Below, piece by piece: positions 51,354-62,228 of a DNA stretch of 64,000 nucleotides; positions within the stretch are counted from its first letter, which is position 1, and each line of letters begins with the position of its first letter. The position numbers and the translations under genes are program-made. Source of the DNA: Paraphysomonas bandaiensis. Lineage: Eukaryota; Protista; Chrysophyceae. The stretch lies in assembly GCA_965644295.1 (NCBI GenBank), contig CBFFRP010000146.1, forward strand, positions 372,001 to 436,000. The letters are read 5' to 3'. The notes under the pieces are model-generated. The model saw nothing but the letters and a program-made list of their open reading frames with translations, was not told the DNA's origin and made no database searches.

Positions 51354-52769
51354 ATGACAATGAGCATCACAGGTGGAAGTGGGTCAACTGCAGATGCAGG
51401 TACAGTGAGGCGGTCCTCTCGAGTGCCTCAGTATTCTCTTAGCAGTCGAGTGAGGTCTCTCTTCCACAGCAGCTCCGAGGCGTCTCTTCCTCATAAGTGG
51501 GAGCGGATCAACAGCGACCCCTCTGTGTATTTGATATATGATTTCTTGTCTCCCGGGGAGCACCATCATCTCGACCAGATATGCACGCAGTACAGGCGAT
51601 CGTTTTCTGCCTCTTACACAGAGAACGACTCCAACGCAAAGGTCACAGTCACAGTGGTATAGTCGACAGTTGTCAGATATGAGCAGGTGATATCTGAGGA
51701 GAGGACATCGAAATACATATTTCTTTCGAAGTCACAAGATAGCGTGGTGAGAAGAATTGAACAGCGGGCAGCAGATTTTGTTGGTGTGTACTCTGCTGTG
51801 GAAAGGTATTTGCAAGTGATTTGTGTGTTTCACAGGCATGAGTCCGCTCAATGTAGAGCCCCTACAGGTAATTAATGTTGTGTTTAGAGTAAGTAGGGAT
51901 AATTATACCGCTGTCAGATTGTTTCTTACACCGAAGGGCAGAAATTCAATACCCATCATGACAGTGGGACTCTAAATGATGACGGTAGTGTGGACCCAGT
52001 ACCTCCACGGAGAGTGATTACTTTTTTCTTGGTAAGCTAAATACTTTTTCTTGGATTGCTGAAATAATATCGTATTATAATCATGTGTGGCATAGTACCT
52101 GAACTCCATGCCGGAAGGGAATGGTCACACACGTTTTCCAGAGCTCGGCTTGTCAGTGCAGCCCCAGAGGAATACTGCAGTACTCTTCTGCAATATACTT
52201 CCGAACGGTTAGTCTGGCTTCCTCTGTGTTCTTCTCTGATATTATATGTCGTCCATATATCCTGAGGGTGATATGTCTTGGTTTTTATAGGCCTTCCCGA
52301 TTCGAGACTTGTACACTGCGCTGAGCCGGTTGTCACTCCGGGATTGCGCAAGTTTGGTATGAACATATGGATAACTGACAGCAGTATGCAGCATCTAGCC
52401 TCAGTACCAGCAGCATCACCATTGACTTGTAAACTTAGTCCAGGGTCAAACCAACTTGTCATAACAGGGAAATCCAATCAATGTAAGAATGATAATCCGA
52501 TTACCTCCACCACAAAGAGAAGGCATAATTCGAAGGACTCTATTCGAGAAAGCGGAAAGGTGAGTACCACCACCACGAAGAGAAAGTGCACCGCCACCAC
52601 GAAGAGGAAGTGCACTTCGAAGGACTCTATTCAAGAAAACAAAAAGCCGAGTACCATCTCCACGAAGAGAAAGTGCACTTCGAAGGACTCTATTCAAGAA
52701 AACGAAAAGCCGAGTACCACCTCCACGAAGAGAAAGCGCACTTCAAAGAGCCTTAATCGAAAGAACTAA
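51354..52769 (+). CDS. Prolyl 4-hydroxylase alpha-like 2OG-Fe(II) oxygenase, 6 exons; start uncertain (51252/51303/51354)
   Basis: Exons ..51641, 51687-51783, 51836-51867, 51918-52031, 52096-52207 and 52291-52769 give DPSVYLIYDFLS, ERTS, EPLQIVSYTEGQKFNTHHD (HxD), TFFLYLN, T.FP.LG, LVHCAEPV (His) and K.GMNIWI (2OG-binding Lys). Confidence 0.9.
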
Positions 52770-54212
52770 TCGAAAGGTCGAATACATCCAGCACGACGAG
52801 AAAGCGCAATGCAATAGATATATCCTTGTACCTAGTACAGCATATTATTATCACGGTGTAAACATTTCATGCGCTTACATATTGAAATGTAAATTTTGTA
52901 ACATGTGGACATTTGTTGTTGAACACATTCGGTCACCTTCTTGTGTGCGTTTATGTGAATGTATTTCTGGTTATGATAAAATAGTTAAGTATAGAATGTG
53001 TAGCAATGTATGATTCTTTTTTAGCAGTGAAGGTGTAGTCAGAGAGGAAGCCTGGGTCAAATATTGGTATACGATATGGGTAGCTTGTAGTCTTACGCTG
53101 AGAGTGCTGTCAAGTGGTTAATCTCAACAGTTCCTGTGTACGTGGGGGAGAACAATACTATCAACCAGGCTAAGGAACAATATATAGCAATACTATTGTT
53201 AGATAGCGTTTCAACTGTTGAGTTTGCTTCTTTGTAAGCTATTAAGAACTGATTTAAGGTATTCAAGAATTATGACCGTTGAAAACTGTAGTACATGAAT
53301 TTATGACATGGTTTGAATTATAGCAGTGAAACTAAAGAGATGTTGACTATAGCTCTTAATTTTTACTAATTTATTGATTGTTAAGAAAGTACTAGGATTC
53401 AATCTAATATAAGGTAGAAGTCGAGGTAATACCAAAACCTGGTAAAGCGATTTCACCAGGTTTCATATCTCAGTGTAGCAAAATTGGGTATGACAAGTAT
53501 GGGTGATTTAGGAGGTTGTTATGTCTGAAGAGTAAGATGAAGTGATGTAGGTTGTAGTATGAGATGAGATGTAGATGGTAGATAAGATTAGATTAGAAGA
53601 TACGAGTATTAAGGCCAGATATAGGGTTGGAGTGTACCGTGACTATCCGTATATACGGATGTAACGGGCGTTTATGGTAACCCGTACAGTATTATGATGG
53701 TATACGTAGGTATTCTGTAGGATGATATAGGAGTAGATAGCAGGATGTTAAGGGATTTCTATATGATTATTTCTGGAAGTAGAAAACTAGCTATTTATGG
53801 CTGGGAAACCACTTCTAGAATTAACTATGGGGATATAGGTAGAAGAATATGGAGTTTTAGATATAATAGTGAAAGTTGATATTGTAGTTGTTGAAAGTTA
53901 AGAAGTAGCGAAGTAAAGAGTAAGAAGAGGAAGTTAAGTGAAGAGTGTCGTGAGAAGACTATCCTACCTCACATCACCTGTGCACATGGACAGGGATGAT
54001 AAGACCAGCAATGTTAGTCATGATAGCGAGACTCAATCACCCGTAGTCGTTACATCAGTATTGAGTTATTTTACTGTAATTTGTATCTGAGAGGTTAAAG
54101 ATAAAGAAAAAGCTGCAATTATAGTTGTTATTAGCAAGTTGGCCCTGCCACGACTTGTGTTTTGTAATATCATATTCTCATATCGCTGCATTTGCCTCTC
54201 TTGAGATTAGTA

Positions 54213-54504
54213 CAGGGCCTGGTACCCATTAATGGCCCATATTATATAGATAGCACCACTCATATTATAGATAGTGCTGTGGTCCCTTAATTACTAATTT
54301 TTAGTTAAATAGCGGACTCTACAAATTTTAACTACTTCTCGCTCTCTACTGGCACATCAGGATCTTCTTACAGGGCTTCATGGAGGGTATAAACATCCCA
54401 CAACATGTAATTGGCTCGTAGGAATAGCAACGATTCTAGACGATATGGATTTATGTTTCTACGCTTAGGTGTCATAATCAACTTTGCACGGTTACCAGGC
54501 CCTG
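54213..54504. mobile_element. Putative hAT-like MITE, 292 bp
   Basis: TIRs CAGGGCCTGGTACCC / GGTTACCAGGCCCTG. The flanking 8-mers GATTAGTA and ATATAGTA match only in the last 5 nt (degenerate TSD). Confidence 0.55.
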
Positions 54505-54753
54505 ATATAGTATATGTAAATAGTATTGTTCAATGAAATATATCACAAACACAAACTGAATTAATGATAGTATCAGTTGAGGATTCAGAATCGTCATCAT
54601 AATGATCGTCATTGTCAGTTATACTTATAACTATTCCGTTGTGTGCGATAGTTATGTTCTGCATTATTATTCACTTTTCTACATTAATGTGTTCATCACC
54701 TTACACTTTAATACTCACAAACATTCTCTTTACTATATTATTACGGAGTTTAA

Positions 54754-57700
54754 ATTGTTCCACCTTTTGAATTAGAGGTAGATAGGGATGCCTGGGAACA
54801 ACCAAAACATTGTGGTCCGCCACGAAAGATGGATCGAGTACGACAGTATGCTTGTAAAAAGCAAATCGATACATTTGTGGAGCATGGAATAATACAACCA
54901 AGTACGGCTCCTTATTATAGCCAGGTATTATTAGTTCCCAAACCAAATGATAAATGGCGATTCTGTGTAGACTATAAAAGTCTAAACAAGCACACACAGA
55001 GGGAACGTTGGCCAATACCTAACATCAAAGAAATGTTAGAACGTATTGGGTCTAAGAAACCCAAATACTTCATAATTCTGGATTTAGTATCTGGTTATTA
55101 CCAGGCTAAAATTTCAGAGTACTCGAGGAAGTGGACGGCATTTATAACCTTCTGGGGAGTATTCGAATGGCTCCGACTACCCATGGGTTTGAGTGGTGCT
55201 CCATCATACTTTCAACGAGTATTAACAACAATTGTGCTTGCCGGGTTGATTATGTTCATATGTGAATTATATCTAGATGACCTGATTATATATGCTTCTA
55301 CAGAAGATGAACTAATTGAAAATTACGTTAAAGTTCTAGAACGCTTCAGGAAATACAATGTTTACATTAATCCTGAGAAAGTGAAAATAGGAGAGTCCGA
55401 AGTACAATATGTAGGACATACTCTAAATGAGGAAGGGTTACACTTTACTAGAGAACGTCTGGATAGTGTATTAAATTTCCCAAAGCCTGAAACTATGAAG
55501 GGTCTAAAATCTTTCCTCGGATTGGCAAATTATTTTCGGGATCACGTGCACAACCACTCCTTAGTGGTGAGACCGTTAAATAAAATGCTTCTCAACTATC
55601 ATAGACGTAAACGTCTACAATGGACAGAGGATGCCAATGAAGCATTTGAAAAGATCAAATTGATGATCCATGAATGTCCAACATTATTTTTCATTGATGA
55701 CGAGTCACCAATATATTTATTGACCGATGCATCTGATTATGGAATAGGAGCATACCTCTACCAAGTAGTAGATGGTGTAGAACGTCCAATCGGATTTCTC
55801 AGTAAAACATTCGATGAAAGAATGATGAATTGGGATACACCTCAGAAAGAAGGATATGCTATATACTATGCCTTAGATAAATGGGACTACCTATTAAGGT
55901 ATAGATACTTTACGATCAAAACAGATCATAAAAATATTACTCAGTTGAGAACTGATTACGCTAAGGATAAGAAAGTTCAGCGATGGTTGAAATGTTTCCA
56001 AGCATATGATTATGATCTATGTGATATTAAAGGATCTGATAATGTTGTTGCTGATGCATTTAGTAGACTATGTGCATTAGAATCTAAAATGGAAACAAAA
56101 TGTGCTTCCCTAATTCCCGATATTAAAGTTCCAAACAAGGAATGGGAAATTATTAAAAGATTTCATAACAATGTTACAGGTCATCATGGTATTGATCGTA
56201 CAATACAAAAATTACGAGACAATGGTCATAAATGGTCAAAGCAAGGGGCACATGTGACAAAATTTATTAAAACTTGTCCTTGTTGTCAAAAGATGAGTAG
56301 AATTAAACCAATAATTAATGCTCATCCCTTTACTGTCTCAACATATGGCCCGATGCAAAGAATAGCAGTGGATTTTATTCAGAGTCTGCATCCAGATGAG
56401 GATGGATACACTAATATATTAGTGATTATCGATTCTTTTTCTAGGTGGGTAGAATTAATCCCTACTAAGAATCTCACTGCCATGGCGGCGGCAAAGGGAT
56501 TGCTTCAACACCTGGGTAGATATGGAGCACCTATTGAGATTCATTCGGATCTTGGACCAGCATTTGTGGATGATTTAACAAAATCATTGATAGAAATGGT
56601 TGGAAGTAATCAATCATTTTCGATGGCGTATTCTAAAGAAGAAAATGCTATAGTTGAACGTGCTAATAAAGAAATTTTAAGGCACTTAAGGAATATTATA
56701 TTTGATAAAAATGTACTAAATAATTGGTCAATGTATCTACCTTTAGTACAAAGAATTATGAATTCTTCTAAACATAGAAGCACCGGCGTTACTCCCGCTA
56801 GTATTCTATTTGGGAATGCAGTAGATTTAGATAAAAGTTTATTCATTGAACACAATGAGTACTTGGACGGGAACGAACAAAAGCTATCACATTGGATAGA
56901 TAGAATACAAAAGGTTCAGTCCACTATTATGGATATTGCAAGACGAAATCTTCGCAAACATGATGAAATCCACATGGCAACTGCACCAAATATACAAACA
57001 AAAGAATTTCCAATAAATTCTTATGTGTTAGTTGAGCATAGACAAAATGCTTTACGTCCTGGACCGGCAAGTAAGTTATTACCATATCTTAAAGGTCCAA
57101 TGCGAGTAGTCAATGTTATTGGAGATAAATATACTCTTCAAGATATTGTTACTAAACGTAATAAAGACTATCATATAAAGAAATTAAGGGAATTTAATTA
57201 CGATCCCTCTACTATTGACCCCTTACAAGTGGCATGTAAAGATGGTGGAAACTTTTATGCTATTGACCATATTTCAAAAATAAAAGGTCGAGCTAAAGGT
57301 CCGAAAAGTCAAATAAAATTTCTAGTACATTGGATAGGGTATGAAAAACCTACATGGGAACCATGGGCTAACGTTAGAAAAACGTATGCTCTACAAAATT
57401 TCCTAACTCAACATCCTGATGAAAATGTAAGAAATTTACTACCTCGAAATGTGGTTTATTCTTCTGATGAAGAAGATTAATAACAAAGTTTACAGAATTG
57501 AGTGTCAATATAACACATTAACACATCAATTATAAGGGGAGGTAGTGTAGGACTATCCACTTACATATAGAATATATACGTGTACATGTCCTGTATTATA
57601 TGATTAGTAGTACAGTACTGTATTGTATACGTGTACCATGTAGTTAGGAATACAAACTGTAGGGAATGTGATTGTTGTTGGGATTAGCAATAGCCGTTGA

Positions 57701-57872
57701 TATTGTAGACAGTATTATTAGCCGTTGATATTGTAGACAGTATTAGTATTCATGATTCATTATACGATAATAATCATTATTTTGTACTTCTGTACTTGGG
57801 TATTGCTTTGCACACATACACATATGTATGCAAGCCCACATCACAATGAACGAATATATGTCTACAACTACA
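54754..57872 (+). mobile_element. 5'-truncated chromoviral-type Ty3/gypsy LTR retrotransposon (RT-RNaseH-IN-chromo, PPT, 3' LTR ~57546-57870)
   Basis: PPT AAGGGGAGGTAG at 57534-57545 is followed by TGTAG... and CTACA ends at 57866/57872. No gag, protease or 5' LTR; the frame is closed by TAA at 54751. Confidence 0.85.
54829..57480 (+). CDS. pol: Ty3/gypsy Pol fragment (RT, RNase H, integrase, chromodomain)
   Basis: WRFCVDYK, LPMGL, YLDD (RT); TDASDYGIG (RNase H); H..GHHG..CPCC, AVDF, HSDLG, VERAN (integrase); FLVHWIGYEKPTWEP (chromodomain). No stops over 883 aa. Confidence 0.95.
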   Translation: MDRVRQYACKKQIDTFVEHGIIQPSTAPYYSQVLLVPKPNDKWRFCVDYKSLNKHTQRERWPIPNIKEMLERIGSKKPKYFIILDLVSGYYQAKISEYSRKWTAFITFWGVFEWLRLPMGLSGAPSYFQRVLTTIVLAGLIMFICELYLDDLIIYASTEDELIENYVKVLERFRKYNVYINPEKVKIGESEVQYVGHTLNEEGLHFTRERLDSVLNFPKPETMKGLKSFLGLANYFRDHVHNHSLVVRPLNKMLLNYHRRKRLQWTEDANEAFEKIKLMIHECPTLFFIDDESPIYLLTDASDYGIGAYLYQVVDGVERPIGFLSKTFDERMMNWDTPQKEGYAIYYALDKWDYLLRYRYFTIKTDHKNITQLRTDYAKDKKVQRWLKCFQAYDYDLCDIKGSDNVVADAFSRLCALESKMETKCASLIPDIKVPNKEWEIIKRFHNNVTGHHGIDRTIQKLRDNGHKWSKQGAHVTKFIKTCPCCQKMSRIKPIINAHPFTVSTYGPMQRIAVDFIQSLHPDEDGYTNILVIIDSFSRWVELIPTKNLTAMAAAKGLLQHLGRYGAPIEIHSDLGPAFVDDLTKSLIEMVGSNQSFSMAYSKEENAIVERANKEILRHLRNIIFDKNVLNNWSMYLPLVQRIMNSSKHRSTGVTPASILFGNAVDLDKSLFIEHNEYLDGNEQKLSHWIDRIQKVQSTIMDIARRNLRKHDEIHMATAPNIQTKEFPINSYVLVEHRQNALRPGPASKLLPYLKGPMRVVNVIGDKYTLQDIVTKRNKDYHIKKLREFNYDPSTIDPLQVACKDGGNFYAIDHISKIKGRAKGPKSQIKFLVHWIGYEKPTWEPWANVRKTYALQNFLTQHPDENVRNLLPRNVVYSSDEED

Positions 57873-58711
57873 ATGCTATCTACCAGCAATTTCAAGAGTA
57901 AGGAAATTGCATCTTATTATCAATAATATAAATATGTCTACCTACGATTCCGTGATCAATGGAATGAACATCATTCATATTCAATACCAAACACATCAGT
58001 CTAACACAGTTGATCATAATAACTCATTACAACTGTATAAGGGAAGATACATTCAGTATTCTCATTGTAGTTGAAGCCTGGTATTCGTACTCTTTAGTAC
58101 AATCAATCCCCAATAAGCACTGAAGGAAATACGTAATGTATAACTGTATTACTGGATAATCTGGCAATACACATCTATCAGCGTGGATATCAAACCCGGA
58201 ATTCTCCAGTAAACTTCTCCAGCCTTAAAGTCAATATATATATATAATAAGAACATATATATATATCATCCATCATCAGTATCATCATTATGTCTCATTA
58301 TTGATAATCATGTCTTTCTTTGTCTTTTGAATGATTATATAAATATCAATGATAAGCATGAATTGTCATAGTCATAATATATCATATATCTCAGTGTGAG
58401 TTATGGTAATAATAATAATATTCAATCTATGTTTGCACAGATGGTATGTACAAACTTAAGCATATACAATAGAGAGCTTGTAGAATAGAATAACCTGATA
58501 GCTGGTTATTACATGTACAAGATTTGTACGACGTAACCTCCACAGAATACAGCGGTATATATTGAAGATACAGCACGTCTACATGATCCTCTTGTTCACA
58601 CCTCCTCCTCTGGTCTGTTAACAGAGAGGACACACACTGGATACTCTCGTCTGGCGAGCTCACTGATGAATAGCAATGTATATTTAGAACGGTTATGAAA
58701 GCAATACGTCA

Positions 58712-59999
58712 ATGATTCACAATATGGAAACTCCTTCGACTCATAAAAAATGTTCAAAGGCGACTGACGTCAGTGAGGGGTTACTTGTAGATTCCAAGTC
58801 ATTGTATTACTTGAAGCTATATTTTTATGCTGTTGGTATATCTGCGAATAAGGATCAGGACCCAGTGTGGTTTAAATGGCTCACATTGTTCGTTAATGTT
58901 GCAGTATGGGCTTGTTTTTTTGTCAGTCTTGAATTCATGATATTTGAGTACAGCACTGGAGGAGGGGTGGTATTGTTCTACAGAATTGGGCTGTCCGTAT
59001 GGACCTTACAAGCCTGTATTGTCTACTCGTTTTTTTCATATTGCATGCTCTATGGGACTAATGTGCTTTCGTTTATACGGCGATTGACTGCTACCGAAAG
59101 CAATGAATTCGGTAGGGAGCATGCTTGTGTCGACAACGAAACCAACTCTAAGTTGTTAGAGTGTATGTGTTTGGTATGGATAGGAGCAGTTTTGCTCATT
59201 AGTTTGTCAACTTTTATAGCCTCCAGCCTTCTGTTTGGACCTGCAAGTCTGGTGTCTGATATGGTTCCATTCAGTAAATCCGCGGGATATGTCGTTCTTG
59301 TATTTGCTTTTATTTTATCTGTGGCCATGCCTCTACAAATAGTTATTGTGCGGATTGCCTCATACTTCACAGAAAAACGATTGATGCAATTGATAAATTA
59401 TGTTGAGAAACAAGAAACAGCGGATATTTCTGTATGCGGACTCATGGGTTGGTATGATGACCTCTACAAGCTCAACAGTGTGCTATCGTGTGGAGTTAGT
59501 CCATTTGTGACCCTATCTATTGTCCTTACACTCCCGCGTCTAGTACTTACATTGCAAGTAGGTAAATTTTGCTGCACAGTTGGAGGTTAGTAACCTCGCA
59601 AATAATATATGTAGGGTCTGGCTTTGCATGAAATTTCAGTACGTGAAGGCTCTGCATTAATGATATGGATTGCTATAGATGCGTTTACTATATTAGTTAT
59701 AACTGGAAATGTCGCTGGCCTTCATGCTTTGAACCGACGGTAATTATTATACACTGCAGTAAGACTTTTATTTCACCATCCGTTGCAGTTTTGAAATTGC
59801 TCTGGGAAAAATTGTAAGCAGAGACCGGTTCGCTACGGCCGAATCTTACAGTGCTTTTGACCTTGCATTAGCTAAAGCGCGGGCTATTCCATTTGGCGTT
59901 TGTTTTATGGGAACACGAGCGAGAGTGTCGTACGGAGCAATGTGGACAGTGTCTTCAGTAGTTGTGTCTATGTTCTTATTTGTGTTAGGATATTCTTAG
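58712..59999 (+). CDS. 7TM ion channel (OR/GR superfamily, GRL/DUF3537-like) candidate, 3 exons, 393 aa
   Basis: Exons 58712-59557, 59615-59739 and 59789-59999 (57- and 49-bp GT-AG introns) give one frame. N-terminal S0-like helix, TM1-4, long loop (WYDDLYKLNSVLS), TM5-6, and a split TM7 (PFGVCFMG...SYGAMWTVSSVVVSMFLFVLG) at the extreme C-terminus. Confidence 0.6.
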
Positions 60000-60602
60000 C
60001 TGGTTAGCTGGATATACGACATTCGTATGAAATGACGTTATATAGTAAATGGTATTTATGACAGTATATACGATATCTACGCGAGTTGAAATTTATCGTG
60101 ATATCAACATACATTGTTTTGTATATACATTATGCTTACTGCTTACATGCTTGCCATATGCCAACATATCGGTTGTTGGCTGGTGAGATCTCGTTCAGAA
60201 GTTAAAGTCTTGTGAACTTGATAAGAATATCTTGCTTTCAAAGTTGTGTTTTCAAAGCTAAATCAATATTACTATTATAATATGGCATACAATCTTAGAT
60301 ATATCACGATCTTATGCGGTCAATAATATATCACTACTATAGTTGCTATAATGACATTAGTTCTCATAATATAGTTAACTACTGCTGCCACTAACAGTCA
60401 TAATTCAAATACCTTTGAACTACAGCTTTTAATTGCTCTCTAACATCGAAACTCAAAATAGACAAACGGAGTAGAGAAGTAGTAACACACACCAGACTGT
60501 TTACTTATTGCCATTGAAGTCATGTTCGTAGCAAGTTTGCTATAGGAAACGCTAACACTCACATTGTAGTACCAATAAGTCATTGCAACAACTCACTATT
60601 CA

Positions 60603-61724
60603 TTATTTTCTAGTAAAACTTTTTCCACTTGCAGTTTTTTTCTCAGTTTCCAACTGAGGTACGGCGCGATTAAGCACCTGCAGCCATCCAGCTACTCGCT
60701 TTCTCATGCGCATGTGCAGATAAGTCTTCGAGCATTTGATGTGATAGTGAAGGTAGTTACGGAAACCAGTCAGCATGGTCACGGCCTTCTCAAGGCGATC
60801 CCCCTGGACATGTCTGTCTTCCAGAGCAAACGCAAGAAATCCCGCTGCATCAGGGTTAAAATTCGAAACCATAGACGCAATTTCCCTTGGAGGCTCCCGG
60901 GTAAAAGATACAGGAGGGGCAGTACGGACCGTCCGCTGGGCCTCCACAAACTCCTGTAAGAATACCCGGGCAACTGCGCGGTCGGTTGCATCTGCAAAGT
61001 CTACATAAAACACCACCACTACCTTCGATGCGCTTGGGCAGACATAAATTGCTTCATTCTTGCGATAACTGATAGTTTCTGCTGATGCACTGCCACTCGA
61101 TTTGTTTGCTAAGGCGGTGAATGCTTTATGCAACGGTCCTCCAAGAACATGCCTCTTCAGTTGGGAGATTTGCTCTAGGGTCTCCTCCGGATTAGCCAAA
61201 TTGTCACAATCAAACTGCAGAGCGATATCAAATCCGGGGTCAGGGCGTGTCTCCATACCCGGAAAGTGACGATCCAAAAGGTCCGAGCTACCCATTCTGG
61301 AAGGTCAAAGTTATACCAATCGCATTAATACGGCACAACGCACCTCTTTAGATCAGCTGCTCCTTTCATAGCGAGATGTACTGTAACCAATTGCGGGGTC
61401 TCGGGCTGACATGAAATCTTGAAAGAAACATCTACAATTCAAAAAGAAACTGTGAATACAGCTACAGATATATCTCCAATGAATTTCGTACCATCGAAAT
61501 CATCGAACGTAATTTCACAGGGTTCCCGCTTCCCTCTTTAAACAGAAATTAGCATATCTAATAATGTAAGCAATGACTTTGTTATGCTTCTTACTCTAAG
61601 ATACGAGGCTGTAAATTTTCATGCAGGATGGCGCTTCTGGAATCCAGAAAAATGAGACCCTGTGACACGCAATGATTAACCGCTCTCGAGGGACAGTAAT
61701 GCCACTAGCCTTTGTTGATGCCAT
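60603..61724 (-). CDS. ARPC2: Actin-related protein 2/3 complex subunit 2 (p34-Arc), 5 exons
   Basis: GLIFLDSRSAIL, EPCEITFDDFD, RVFLQEFVEA, FRNYLHYHIKCSKTYLHMRMRKRV..WLQVLNRA, EKKTASGKSF. Short introns; the first is probably GC-AG (61660-61709). Confidence 0.95.
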
Positions 61725-62228
61725 AATATGTCTTCTACTACAGAGATATTGTTAAGTCTAGTCCGATTAACACCCCCGTTCTGGACTAACTGAGTTGAGT
61801 GTTTGCAAATCTGGAGAGCTGATCGAGCTGTGTATGTATATATATATACATTCATACATACATATACTATACATCTACATATATACACCATACTGAGTGC
61901 TGCTGTATGTGCAGCCGAATGCCATGAGCAATGAAGATAATTTTTGTGGTATTTATGTTGTAGTATTGGTATACCGGTATACCGCTGTATATATCTGGAT
62001 ATCCCTGCAGCTGTTGCTGGTGCTGTCTGGATGTTGTGGATATCTCTATGATGTGGTGACGATAACATGCTGCTGTGGGCGCCTATTAACAGATATAGAG
62101 CCTGCGAGACGTGTCTATATCATCCTCCCACAGTGGAGATTGCAATACCTGCTGTTCAACTTCACTCGTAGGGGCCTATCTAATCTATAGTCTATTGATA
62201 CATCCCTATTGCTGATATAATCGTTGCA

